From Blastocystis sp. subtype 4 (taxonomy: Eukaryota), in assembly GCF_000743755.1 (NCBI RefSeq), contig NW_014569522.1, positions 1 to 62,695 on the forward strand: a DNA stretch of 62,695 bases, written 5' to 3'. Made by a program: the position numbers and the translations under genes. Below the pieces are notes generated by a model, which saw nothing but the letters and a program-made list of their open reading frames with translations, searched no databases and was not told the origin of the DNA. This document shows, piece by piece, positions 15,193 to 28,840 of the stretch. The stretch's first letter is position 1, and the number at the start of each line of letters is the position of its first letter.

Positions 15193-16779
15193 TTACTTAT
15201 GTCTTCTCTTCTCTAAATATTCAACAGGATACTTATCCTCCAGAATATCATGCACTTGTCTTGCTCTCTTTTCCTTCTTCTTAAACTCTCCATATTCTTT
15301 CCATGTCTTAAAACCATGTGGAATCTTGTGTGTCTTCTTCTTTCCTGTATGTGAATCCAGTGTACTTAAATCCAAGTAATGAGCTAATTGTCTTCCATCT
15401 GCATCTACTGGCACATTTCCTCTTCGATAGTCATCCATCTCTATAATCATTATAATCACTATACAGTTCTCACTTGATGAAATGAAACTTCCAGGCATGG
15501 ATTCTGTTGGAGGACGTTCTGTTCGTTCCCGTGGTTTTTTCGTCACACCAGGAGCTGTTTCATCGTAATCCCAATCAATTTCTCCTTCTTTTGCATCCGT
15601 AACATAGGAATAGTAATCATATCCAGCCGCTTGTGCTGCAGCTGGATCATATTCTACTGTGTTACTGCCATCTGCACCAGGTGGTGCTGGTTCTGTATCA
15701 CCTTCAATTCCTGTAGGGGCTGTCTCCATTAGAGGTTGGTCTCGTTGCATCGTATAAGCATGAGATCCCCCTACAATTGTTGCTGTTCCCATCAGAGAAT
15801 CACAAGCTGGAGGAACCATAGGATTCGGTCTGAGAGAAGGACGAACAGGGATTGTGAACTCAGGTGGAATTGGACCATCATCAGCAACAGAAGTATTTGC
15901 AATAAGAACCATTTCACTACATGTCATGATCATGCATCATACATACCTCGGAGTCCCATCACTATCCTTTGCTAAAGACATAGCTGAGCGAATTACAGCT
16001 AATCCACGAACCACACGTCCGAAGAGAGTACATTGATTGAAGAGAGACGGAGTGGGCGCGGATGTGATCAAGAACCTGCTAAGATTTCTAGATATAATGG
16101 AATTATGGAAATAGAACAGATTTGGACCATCGTTCAACATTACCAACAATCCAGCTCGATCCAGGGGCTTGTTTAAGTTCTCATCTTCGAAAGGAGCTCC
16201 ATAAATGCTCATACCACCCGTACCTACAAATATAACAGAGAGAACTCTATTACCATCGCCATCCGTAATATCACCTCCTAACATTCCAAATCCAGGAACA
16301 CAGTGATGGAAATAAGATCCCTTTAATTTCAGCTCATGTCCTCGAATACTCGCAAACTCATTTGTACAAAGACAATAGAAGTTATATGATGTGAGTGGTG
16401 CGATATCAGCAAATAACTATAACTGATTCATGTCTCCTATGGCCCACTTCAACAGTAATTCGTCCTCCCACTTTTTCACCAAAGTTAATATCCAAATTCA
16501 CTCGTGGACGAGGATGAACTAAAGTATAAGAACCATTCTAAGACGAAAGGACTTACCACTGGCAAAACGAACACACTCTTCACGACGGTCCTTCCTACCA
16601 ATGTCAACAGGCAATAAACTAATTTCCTACCAAATTGCCAAATCACAATTCTTATATTTATTCAGTTGGGCGAGATAGGGCGATTCATATGTTTCCTCTC
16701 CTGTTTTGTCATTATGATAGAGAAGACGACCATCTTCTGTCGTCAATACTCTCCATTCTGGTTTCAGGGACTCAGCCAT
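15193..16779 (-). CDS. WW domain + cyclophilin-like protein with low-complexity C-terminus
   Basis: EWRVLTTEDGRLLYHNDKTGEETYESP (WW); LFADIAPLTSYNFYCLCT, GTGGMSIYGAPFEDEN, LFGRVVRG (cyclophilin). Confidence 0.85.
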
Positions 16780-16990
16780 ATTGATTAATGACAGTCTGCT
16801 AAAAGTTAAAAAGAACCGTTTTCACGTCTAGATGGACAATGAATCTGATGTCTATGGAAGCATGCACCAATAACGAAAAGTGAATCCAAACAACCAATTC
16901 TTCAACGCATCGTGTTTTTATTGAAGTAATGTAATAGCTTGATAATCAACATACCACTGTACAGATGAAGCGAATCAAAACTAAGATTCA

Positions 16991-19099
16991 ATGGAAGAGT
17001 ATATTACGAAATCACAGAAATCTAGTATGCATCCATGTCATCCCAATAAGCATTAGGTCTTAACGACTATCCTCATGTTGCTGAGCATTACTACCCATAT
17101 GGTTATACTGAAACTCAGGAATCCTATCTCGCTCAGGGAACGGATGTTCCCGAGTTGATCATCCGTTTCAGTGCTCCTCACAAAAGGGAGTATCTTTCTA
17201 TCCAAACATTAACGGGAAATCGCACTGGTCATTTCATTCTTTTTATTGAAGGAGATGAAGAGCCATTTGCGCTCATGGTCGGTGAACTTGTGAATGGAAA
17301 GATAGAAGGCTTTTGTGAAGTGTTCGATCAAGAAAAAGGAAAGGTATTTGAAGGAACCTGGATAGAAGGAAAGCGTTGTGGTACCTGTATCGAGTATGAG
17401 TTTGGAAACGTTTCGTTCCAAGGAGCATATCGAAATGATAAGAGAAATGGATATGGCTGGGAATATCATAACAATGAACTTCAACGAGAAGGTATTTGGA
17501 AAGATGGTGTTTACCAAACTACATATTATATTACAAAGCAGATTAATTTCGTTAGTACAGGCTTAGGAATGACAGTCATAAGACAAAATGGAGATCTCAT
17601 TGTAGTGTCTTCGCCTTGGGAAGATAATAAAGCAAATGGGAAGGCTTATGCTTACAATATGACAACGAATAAGGTTGTTCATTCTCTTTTATATATTCAT
17701 GGGGATGCCATTGAGGATGTTGAGGATGTACCAATTTCATCAGGAACAGGAACAGTCACATTTGCTAATGGACTTGTCTGGGAAGGTTCTATAGCTGATG
17801 GACAGGCAAATGGGAAAGGCATTCTGAAGTCAGGATCATCGGTGGTATATGAAGGATCTATGTTTAAGAATATGCGTTATGGAATTGGAAAGAGTTTTTA
17901 TGCCAATGGGAATGTGGAATATGAGGGAATGTGGAGTTATGATACTCGAATGGGAGATGGGAAATATTATGACGAAAATGGGAATATCATAAATAGTGGT
18001 GTTTTCATTGATAATGTCTATGCATTCCCCAATTTGATTCTGAATACAAATGAAGAGTTTTTATTAACACATGTTTTATTGCGTGTGATTCATATTGGTG
18101 ATAATTTGCTGAATGACATTGTTGAGATCAATTTCAATGATTATTCATTACTTGAAGAATTAACTATTGGAGAGAATAGTTTGAAAGAACTAAGTGAATT
18201 AAGCTTGAAAGAATTGCTATGTTTGCGATCCGTTGAGATTGGACGAAACTCCCTTACACAATGTATCACATTTCTGAATCCAGCTAATCTTCCTTCAGAT
18301 AAGAAAGATTTAGTTGGTAGGACTATTAGTAACAACGAACAGCGTATTCGAGCTGAAATGAAGTCGTTCACAATCTCTCACTGTGGATCATTAGAATCGA
18401 TTATACTTCGACAAGGAGCTTGTTCTGATTTCTATTCATGTATTATTGAAGGTTTCTTGTTATCATTGTCTTGATGATGTAGATGTACCCAAATTGTGTG
18501 TTTTGCAAATTGGAGAGTTAATTCCATCATTGAGTGAAATGGATGGTTCTTATAATTTCTACTATGCACCTGAATTCGAATTGCGATGTCCTCTCTTATT
18601 CTCATTTTAACATTTAGCCTGTGATTCACTGAAGTCTCTGAGCTTTGGTAATCGTGCTTTTGTCAATACATTGGTATTCCGAATTCATGGTGATTTTTGG
18701 AATTCCTTTTTATTGTAGATATGCCACACTTACAAACTATTTCTGTTGGAAATCGTGCCTTTTTTGGAAAGAAGATTCGAAATTCAGAAGATCACATGGT
18801 GAATGCAAGTCGATTCTCATGGAGAAGTGAGAATGAGAGGAAGAATTGATTGTAGATTTGCCTGCGTTGAAATCTCTCTCTCTGAATAACAATTTCGTGT
18901 TTTATCGTGGAGTGACAATTTCCAGTAGGTTTTTAAAAGGCATTTTTAGGTAGATGCTCCGAATTGCGACACAATTGTAAAAGCATCCAAATGTTTCCCA
19001 TCCAAAGAGTTTCCAATTGAGTTAGAAGGTTAGGAAGTGATAATGGTGTTACTTGTAGGAGTTAGTCAGAAGATTCGGGAATCTGTTGTGAGCTCTTAA
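16991..19099 (+). CDS. MORN-repeat protein with C-terminal LRR-like repeats
   Basis: Many YEGxWxxGxxxGxG repeats in ORF 17155..18474, then LEELTIGENS / LRSVEIGRNS repeats; TAA at 19097-19099. Confidence 0.85.
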
Positions 19100-19191
19100 G
19101 GAATCATGTTTGTTGGAAATACTAGTACATTTTATGACGAATGGATTGCTATATAGCAATCTTTGACTGTTGTTTATCCAACAAACAATCA

Positions 19192-20668
19192 TTACTGCAA
19201 TTCAGGAGGAGATTGTAACGAATCCTTTCGTACATATGCCTCCATTTTATGAAACTGGACTTCTCTCTCTTCATGTCTTCGATCCCATTCCGTCAGTACA
19301 AGTTTCCCTTCCTTCCAATCTATTTTTAATTCACTCTTTCTAGAGATACAACACAATAGATCTCCAGGATAGGATAATTTCATTGCTTTCATTCGAGATT
19401 GGTCCATGAGAATCGAATTGAATTTCAGATCTCTATAGGAATGATTATGTTGTCGGATTCGTTGGCCAAACCAAGTTCGACCCAAATGAACAGTTAGAGC
19501 TGTGTTTGAAACAGTTTTCAATTCAATACCTGAATATGTACAATCAATCATGGAGTGATTCAAATGACGAACCAGACTCATTATGTACGTATCTACGACT
19601 TCTCTCCCAACTACAACTGGTGAAAACAAATCGAAATTTGTAGATTTGTGGAAAACCCAAAGATCCGAACTCCCGCGATCTCGAAACACAACCTTATTCT
19701 CTGATCTATTGATCCAACGAGTGTAATTCTGTGGTGATGACAATGGAATGGAATCAGGAACAGGAATTTCCACTGCAACTCCTGCTACAAGAAACTACAT
19801 AAACATTGAAATGAAACTCCCAACCTGATCTGTAATTTCGTTATTCTGATACCGAATCAACAGATCTTCCAGAACTGCAAACAAAGATGCTGACACCAGA
19901 ACATCACTATTGACATATCCGTAATAATCAGCTGAATATCGTTCTCTTAGTTGTTTCATCATTGCTGGAACAATTGGTAAATCAAATTCATTAACTCTTT
20001 GAGTGATTAAAAATATTCGATTCTACGAATAGTGAGAAATCACATCAACGGATTGATTCTTACAGTATTGGATGAATACAGGAGATTTGGTGAAATAGAC
20101 AAATTGAACAGAAAAATGTCGTTTCATCATCACAAAGGAGTCGATCACCATCTTGCGTTGAGGTTGCATCTACAAATGATTCCACTTAGTTACTGCAACA
20201 ATGTTAGCTTCTTCTGTAGTGGCAAGTACAACGAGATACGACTTGCGACCCTTGTCCTGTTTGGGTTTGTTGGTTGGTGATACAGGTATTGGGGAAGTCG
20301 GAGTAAATATTGGTGAAGTTGGACTAAGTTTTGGCGAAGCAGGAGTAGGTATTGGTGAAGTTGGAATGATAGGTATTGGAACTTTTGACTCCGGGATAAT
20401 CCTTTTTACGTTCTGTTCAACCGAAATATCATCGGAAGAATTGAAATGAAACTCATGATTCACTATTACAGGCATAGAGATATTGACTTGAGAGATAGGT
20501 TCTGATTGCTGCTCTATTATTCTAAAGGATCCCATATCTAAGTTGCTTGGGATCCAAAGGCAACAACCTAGACATCAGTCAGCAATCCATTCTTGGACAT
20601 ATCCCAAAGTACAGTACAAGCACGAAAATACATAATAAACTACTAAGACTCTTAAGTATAAAACTCAT
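19192..20668 (-). CDS. Type II membrane protein, putative glycosyltransferase-like
   Basis: N-terminal TM segment, Pro-rich stalk (PTSPI repeats), VNEFDLPIV and YYGYVNSDVLV DxD-like motif. Start is approximate. Confidence 0.55.
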
Positions 20669-20783
20669 TGATTTGCCAACACAACAAGAAAACGATTTCC
20701 CTATCAATCTCAGAGAAGTCAAATCCCACGGAGTCAATGATAGTCCACGAGAATTGATGATCACATCAGTAACAGCTTTGATT

Positions 20784-22039
20784 ATGGCCATTCCAATTAT
20801 GGTAGCTCTTTTTCATATCATTACCCTTCTTTCTATATCTTGGCGGAATTGTTTCTACAACAATGATAATCACTCTATATTACTCCAACTTCTTGAATTC
20901 CTTTCTCTTCCTTTTACCTGATTACATACCGAAACGCCGTTTGGTCGAACAACGCTACTCGTTCTCAGATAATCTGTTACAATCTTCTTAGTTGCGAAAT
21001 GAGCTTTAAAATAGGGTCTACTAAAGAGATCCAGGAAGAAGAAGCTGTCTTTAAGGATCTGTATCGCAGAACTCTTGATCCTGTGGAATATGTGTCAGAC
21101 GAAGAACGACGGTGGGTCGAAGCGCACAAATCGAAATAGTATTCTTCTCGTCAATGCCACCTAACATCTAGTCCCGAACAAGTTCGGCTAATTGATGAGC
21201 GATCTGCTTCTCTACGTAATGCAGGTACATCGATACCAAATGGGGGTTAATTCGTAGAGAGAAGTCTTACTAGCAGTCGTGACTATTCTTTAACTTCGAG
21301 TACTTCAGTCGGTGGTTCCATGCTTAAAGCAAGGGTTCCTATTATTCCAAAGAAGAGTATTGGTAGTTATCGCATCTCGTTTGATCTTTTGTACCATGGA
21401 GAACTAGAGATGGGTCGACCCAACGGTCAAGGTCAAGTAATATCGTTATTAACGAATGAAGTTCAATATGAAGGTGAAGTCATTGATTCTATTTACAATG
21501 GCAAGGGTTGTCGCTATTGCAAGGGTGTTCTCTATGAAGAAGGCACATTCGATAAAGGATTGATTGTTGAAGGCGTTCGTTACAATTCTAATGGTACTGT
21601 GTATTCAGGATATTTTGAAAACAATGTATACCATGGAAATGGTCGTATTGTACTTCCTAATGGTTTCTTTGTAAGTGGTTCATTTTCGAAAGGATCATTG
21701 CGTGACAAAGACTATCAGGCTATTACGATAAGTATTCCTTCAGCAAAGCAGCCAACTCAAATTACGAAGGATACACAGAACATTGAAGTACATGTAAAAG
21801 AGGAGTTCATTCAAGTGACTCGGCCTGAATATCGAGGGATTTCGTTTATTTTTTACTCTAATGGTGATGTATTTGTAGGGGTTATGGAGGATGGCTCGAA
21901 ACGTGGTTATTTTTATCGTTATGCTGAAACTTCATTTGAGAGAATGATTTTGGATAATGTGAAAGGAATACCTACAATACATCCTATAATAACCATAGAA
22001 GCAGGGAAGCAATATAAATCATTTTCTATGAGTGTGTGA
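20784..22039 (+). CDS. MORN-repeat protein
   Basis: YHGELEMGRPNGQG, YEGEVIDSIYNGKG, YSGYFENNVYHGNG. 5' exons are uncertain. Confidence 0.75.
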
Positions 22040-22060
22040 ATTGTTTGGAAGAAACAATTG

Positions 22061-23668
22061 TATTGCATATACACTCTACTTTGTTGCGATATTTCCATTT
22101 CCTCATTCTTAAGCAAACTTAATCTACTTATCAACTTGATATATCATTCATACTCTCCACGAACCTGTGCTGTTGTATCTTGCATTGTAGCCACCATAGA
22201 GAAGTAATCTCGAATGAAGAAGAGATAGACAAGTGGCAGTAACGTTAAGAATGAACATGTAACAACCATCTTGTATAGATTCGAGTAATCTTCGTATGAA
22301 ATACCATAGTGGGTTGTCAGATATACAGACTATATAGAAACCACTCATCATTCATACCAAAGAACCACTCACAGTTCCTGCTAAATCATTCAAGGAGAAG
22401 AAGACAGACCACATGGATGATTCATAACCCACGGGACAAGCTTTAGCAACCATCACCAGCATAGGTGTGAATGATAACTAATCATGAGTTCCCGATATCA
22501 TTCTGACTTGACTAGCAAACGAATTGATATCCATAAGGACAATCGATACCCAAAACAGAGTCATTCCCTCGAATAACCCAGTAACAAAATAGATCTGAAG
22601 GATTCCTGTGATACAAGCAGCTATTGTGGTTCCCAAAATCACCAGCGCCAAATTTTTACCAACCAAATAACGACTGTAAATTAGAGAAGCAATCAATGAG
22701 AAGATGGAAGTACTGATGTTGAGAGTGTTGTACTGCCAATTCTCAACAGACACAGTAGCAGCAAGAAAACCATATATATTGTTGGTAGCTGTCGGAAGCA
22801 TGCTGCGGATGAAGAGGAAGAGAAGAAGAGGGAATAATGGGCGATTCTTGGAAAGAATACTGTTTGAACGCTGTCCACAGAAAATTAGCTTGACTCCTTC
22901 CACTAACGTGTCTTTGAAAGACTAGTCATTAAAACCGCGGGAATTTGGATTACCATTCTTGTGACAACACGATCTTCAACTTTTAATGCTACAATGGAAG
23001 CAAGAAGATATGGAAGCCCTGACAAACAGAACATGATCTTGAAAGAACAGTTTATGCTTGGCTACAGATGATTAACAAGGAACTCACAAACAAGCATCAG
23101 AATAAGGGAAAGAATGGTAGCTACAACGGTTCCAGCTGTTTTAGAGGCCATTGCAAGAGACTGTCCTCGTCCTTCATCATCTGTTTCCTTATGGACTCGC
23201 TCAACGACGAGTGTATCTACCATCAACTGTGCTCCACATTGGCATGCATTTAAGATGGTTCCCATGATAAGAGCCGTCTTATAACTGCGCACAATAAATC
23301 CATAGAGACAAAACACAACTGCGACAAGGAAGGAATAAAATACAAAGTATGGAACTCTCTTATGCTTGAAGATGGGCAAGGAATCGGAAATGTAACCAAA
23401 GAAGAGCTAGAACGTGAAACGGAATAGCAAATAGAGTACTTTAAAACTCCAAGGAATATACACAATGGCATAATAAGCATTCACCTGCTCCATCGTCAAA
23501 TGCTAGTTGTTAGTCCCTGCAAATATGTAGTACAATTTCGGTGTAAAACATAAGAGACAATGCAGTCCATGGCAAACCCATTCCCAGTTGAATGAGGAAA
23601 TACAGAAGAAAGAGACGTGGCTCAACCGAGCATGTCCAAAACATATCTAACGGATTCTTCCAAGCCAT
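22061..23668 (-). CDS. Folate-biopterin transporter (BT1 family, MFS); stop predicted to be made by polyadenylation
   Basis: ISDSLPIFKHKRVPY, VDTLVVER, GRGQSL, PMLVMVAKACPVGYESS; multiple TM segments. Confidence 0.85.
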
Positions 23669-23891
23669 TTTCCGGTGATTGGATTAAAACAAGTGGAGAG
23701 AGAAATGAGTGTGCGAGGAATGAGAGAAACCCATTATCCAATTGAATTTGACCGCCGTCATTCTACATTAGATTGGGAATTTGTTTGTATTAATAATGTT
23801 ACTAAAATAGAATACCACTGAAGGAGGGATTAAGAAGTGTTGAAGGATTGTCTGTCAATTGCTTCGTTTCTCGAGTCAATCATTCTTATTC

Positions 23892-24714
23892 ATGAGTGCG
23901 ACTGTAGTCGACTATTCCGAACCTTCCGAGACGGTTTCTCCCTTGGAAAAGTATCTCCTGGAGTGTTGCTGAGACGAAGGCATAAAATGGTATTGCTGGG
24001 GGATCCTGGATGTGGAAAAACGTCTATCATCACCAGATTCATGTATGGTTCGTTTGATTCGGCCTATCAGGTATGAATAATTAGAAGCTAATCATTCTAG
24101 TCAACTATTGGAATTGATTTTCTATCCAAAACGCTTATGGTTGGGAAACGACCCATTCGATTGCAATTATGGGATACTGCAGGTCAAGAGTCCGTCTTGC
24201 ACGGGGAAGGATCATCGATAGACGCTTTCGGAGTTTGATTCCGTCATATATTCGAGATTCCAGTGTAGCAGCAATCGTCTTTGATGTAACAAGTACCTAT
24301 GGATTCCCTCTTGAATGGTAGATCGACTATCGTTCAATAATGTTACCCAGTGGTATGCTGATGTGGCCAATCAGCATTGCGATTGTCTTGTCTTACTCGT
24401 GGGAAACAAGATAGATCTTGTGGACATGCGGTTGTTCTTATCCAGTGGCTTTATGGTAGAGATGTGACATCTGAAGAAGGTGAAAGAAAGGCAGCCGAAA
24501 TGAAGGCAGTGTATATTGAAATGTCGGCAAAAACCGGCATAAATGTTGATACACTGTTTAAGAAGGTAGTTGCAGCACTTCCAGAACCAACCGATTCTGA
24601 AGAGTCGTTGGAACGTCAGAAATGTACGTGTGAACACTACAAATTGACATTAGATATTCGTATTAACGTTGACAGCGGAAATGGAGTTCAGCCACCGTCA
24701 ACGTGTAACTGTTG
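23892..24714 (+). CDS. RAB6: Rab6 small GTPase; stop predicted to be made by polyadenylation
   Basis: [63 protein letters not shown]; predicted C-terminus ...STCNC. Confidence 0.93.
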
Positions 24715-24718
24715 CTTG

Positions 24719-24726
24719 TGTTTGTT
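24719..24726 (+). terminator. TGTTTGTT 3'-end/polyadenylation motif (Rab6); representative of many in the window
   Basis: Exact motif also on + at 6367, 15149, 38838, 41210, 51684, 59922, and on - (AACAAACA) at 452, 2572, 25565, 34054, 42559. Each lies a few nt from a gene end. Confidence 0.88.
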
Positions 24727-24740
24727 ACAAAAGTTTAGTC

Positions 24741-25489
24741 TCAGTAATAGTATAAGGAGCGCTTGAAGGGCATCTTCTGCTGATGAGTCAGATTCCTTCT
24801 TCTCCAATTCGAAAGGTACATGGTTATTTGAGACTCAGTGAGACCTGTTCTTTCAGCCAGGATCTTCTTCTCACTCTTGGTGGCATAAGGATAATCTTTG
24901 TGAGTCAAGATAAACTCCTTGATAATATCACGAACTTGAGGCGAATAGCGATGAGGAACGTTCTTTGTTGCTTGCTTCTGCTCAGCGGAGCCAGAAGGCA
25001 GCAACTGCTCTTGTTCCTTTTCTATAGCTTGGTATTTCTATATATTAAAAATATGATATCATAGTGACAGATAGTGTATACGTGCAGGTGGCAGGATTTG
25101 ATAGAGTTTCCTTTGAAGAGATGGCAATATCTAGGAATAAATAATCTGTTATTAGTACTTTTTTCGTCTTTATTCCTGTCGAACTCGACTTTCTTCTTTC
25201 CTGATATACTATTGAATTGAGTATCACATCTAACAACAAATGGTATAGACTGATAAGGCGATATACGATTCTGAAGATGACAGTACCTCTGTTGGACGGA
25301 TCCAACAACAATATTGAAATCTACAGAATCTCCAATTACTAGCTGTGATTGATGAATAGTGCAAAACGTTGCAACAACAGAAAGTACGTCTTCAACGGAC
25401 AATAATTGTACATTGAAATTAAGTCCTTGGAGAGCTTCAATAATACGGGTACAATATTCAAAAACAGACACATGAAAAGAAACACTCAT
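24741..25489 (-). CDS. TALE-class homeobox protein
   Basis: HKDYPYATKSEKKILAERTGLTESQITMYLSNWRRR homeodomain with TALE loop. Confidence 0.82.
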
Positions 25490-25577
25490 GACTTAGATGC
25501 AGTGGAATAGGTTTTAGCACTCTGAATTAAGAGTTTTCCTGAATGCGAATGAGAAATGGATTCCAACAAACACGTGC

Positions 25578-28500
25578 TCAAGCCATACTAATCATAATTT
25601 GGGTTAGTTTCTCGTTCACTGCAGGGGGGATTGGAATTCCAGTCATGCCAACAAATTGCTCATACCCAGCGATACGTGATCGGCTCTGTTCCATAGACTG
25701 CTGAAGTGATTTCTTCTCTTCTTCATTCACACTCACGTACTATATTTCATATACTGCATTCGATCCTACCAACTTCTGCTTGAATTGACCATACTTGAAG
25801 GAGATACACTGACAAACAGCCAGAATCACATCAACCAGAATTCTCCAGAGCTGTTCTTTCACACCACGAAGGGCAGTCACTGCCGACAGAACGTCCTGAG
25901 CATCATTCGATCGAGGCAAAAAGTCAATTGTCGATAAGACATGAATACACTCGTCGAAAAGATCTTTCAATTATAAAATTCCTATAATACTCACTATTAT
26001 TGGAAAGATCAAGAATTGTCATCATTTGCTGGATTACAACAAGATTATGTTGATTTACGAGAGACACGTTCTTATGACTATTGCAACGTATTTCTCTATC
26101 AAACTCGTCAATACAAGACAATACCTCTCTCCATGTCGAATTGTGTTCCAAATAATTTTGAGCAGTTTTTGTAATGAGAATATCAGCAGCATGATCCCAA
26201 TTATTACATAATTTGAATAGGGAGACAGCTCGCTTCCATTCATTGTTCATCTAATCATCATCCAATCTTTCTAAGATCACATTCAATTGTACAGCTGCAT
26301 TCTTAATCACTTCATCTGTTTCAATATCCTTCATTTTGTCAAAATATCCTGGATTTCTGACACCTCCCTTTCCAGAATTCCCTACCAATTCTGTCTCAGC
26401 AGAAGGTGAATTCACTAATAGAATCTACATTTCAATTCCTCTGTCGGATACTACCACTAGTAAGTCCATTTTCACAGAAGGTTCTTTGACAAATGCAATC
26501 AAATGAACAGGAATGGTAGGCTTTTCTGTCATATGAGGTAGAAGACGAAGAATAGAAGTCACAAATACATTTTCGCTTCCACTAATCACTCCATATGCAT
26601 ACATCAGGAATGACAAAAAAACGGCTGAAATCAGCCAATGTCGTTGTAACAGATACAATACACTCTTCTCATACTCTGCAACAACGAGAAGATTCTGAAT
26701 GTAACTGAATGGTGATTGACCATTAGCATCAAAGTAATCACTTCCACATTCCACAATTCGTTTCTTCAATCCTACCATTTTGAAATCATCCTGTTCTTCG
26801 TTGCGATTTGGAGAAAGACTATAATTGACTATTCCATAAATACGCTCGATTTTTGTACATACCAAAAATAGTGATTAATTTGTGCCATAACCAGTCTTGT
26901 AGAGTGAGGAGGACTTCTTGCTGAGGGATATGAGGTTCACCAGAGTGAGGATTTGATATAACATTTGAGAGATAAGGATTCTCATTAGCCAGAAGAGAGA
27001 GAATGAGCAATCTAAGTGAGTGAGTGAGAGGGTAAGGAGTACTTATGATAGTCTGTTTCTCCTGCACCAGAGAGACGATGGAAGAAACCTTGGATACGAG
27101 AACAAAGTGTGAGATGATCAGAGAGAGAAATTGAGAGAGGTGATTTGTGACAAAGACTATTGGTTAGTTACAGGCAATCAGTCAGTTCCATCAGTCATCA
27201 TCATTGTTAGTTCCAACCACAGTTCAAATCATTCACACTCACAATCACACTCCATCAGTTGTCAATCATACTCAGTCACTCAATCATTCAGTCATTCAAC
27301 ACAACTCCATCAATCACTCCTTATCATTCCTTCACTTACCCCACATAAACACGAAGCATCATCAAAATATCATTACCAACAGCACCTCCAAATCTACTCA
27401 TAAATCTATTTCACTCACTTATCAACCTCAGAATATCGTCAGCAAACACATCTAATTCCATTTCACTACATCCACTACGTAACAAACAGTATAACTGAGG
27501 CCATATTGGCAATAAACCATGTGAATCCAGTTCTATTCCATTCATCTTCACTTCATCTCCATCAACACAACACGTACATCCACTCCTTCAAACAATATAC
27601 TCACATATGCCTGGACTATGGATATTAAATCACTCTCTGGAAGCACTATCATTCAGTCACAGGAATCACACTCACTTTGAATCGATCGAGCACGAATCAC
27701 AGAACGACGCATATACTCAACGAACTCATTCTGAAGGAATTGCAATGTGTTGAACACAGCATTCTGCTCGTTAAATGAATCGCTTCGAATTATGGAATTC
27801 CAAAAACAATCACTTCTTTCGGTAATGACGGAAAGGAACAGCAGTAAGGTTCAGTTGTGCAATCAGCAGTCTCCAACAGAATACTTCACCTGCCATCTAC
27901 AGATCACTACACACATACCTTCCTCACATCCTGATGAGAATCTTGAAGTGCAGCAAGAAGTTTTTCTGCAACATTAACCGTCTTTTTCATACAATGATCA
28001 TCGAAAAGACTCTTCAGAGTAGGCTCGTAAATGTAGATTTTGGAAGTATCATCTTCCTTTGAATAACCTTCATAATGATTTCAATGCATTCAAATCTACT
28101 CGAAATAATAGGAGGAGTCACCAATTTCTTTGTTGAGAGTGGAAGATTATCTAGAGATGACGTATGTATGTGAAATAAACTGGCTGTCTGAGAAGGAGCA
28201 TGCAAATTACTTTGTCGTTTCTCAGATTCGAGAATGGAAGAACGCGAATCCAGAAACTCCTTATGCATCATCTTCCAAATTCGAGAAGAGCATTTGGTAT
28301 CAAACAGATTCTGGGATTCTTCCAATGTGGAGGCTACAGCATTCTCGTGATATTGACGAATATAACTTTAGATTACCATAGAATCGTCTTTCATACCCTT
28401 CAACATCATAATCACTGATCGAAGAAGTGTTTGAGAAAACAAGCTTTGACTTACCTTCCTCCAGAGATTTCATTAATCCAGCAGTGTCAATCCCCTTTTC

Positions 28501-28745
28501 CATCCAAAAGAGATGACTACACATCAAATAACCCACTCTATAACAAACGCATTATCACGCAGGTTTTCTTTCGGTTCCTCCTCTCCAAACTTTGCCTTTT
28601 GAGCCAATGAATGAATAAACTGTGGAGTCTTCTACCAATAAAAGACAGATATCAAAATCACCTGGAAAGCCATTGCACTCGGGTCTTCAATGTTAGAGCT
28701 CAATAGCTGTGATCTCTGCTGCAACTTCCGGAACTTGTCATCCAT
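25578..28745 (-). CDS. NUP93: Nucleoporin Nup93/Nic96
   Basis: MDDKFRKLQQRSQLL start; PIWPQLYCLLRSG, TLQDWLWHKL, CGSDYF..PFSYIQNLLVVAEYEKSVLYL. Confidence 0.82.
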
Positions 28746-28840
28746 AGTTAAAGACGATTGTGGTCATTGTTTCTTCTACAGAAACTAACTATTTGGTTTC
28801 TGTATTTACAGGAATTTGACAAAGCAAAAGAAGGGATAAA

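Noticed and set aside
24715..24766. ORF-track C-terminal extensions translating as VCL/CLL/LFV, and apparent overlapping convergent CDSs
   Set aside because: They are translations of the TGTTTGTT motif beyond the predicted cleavage site.
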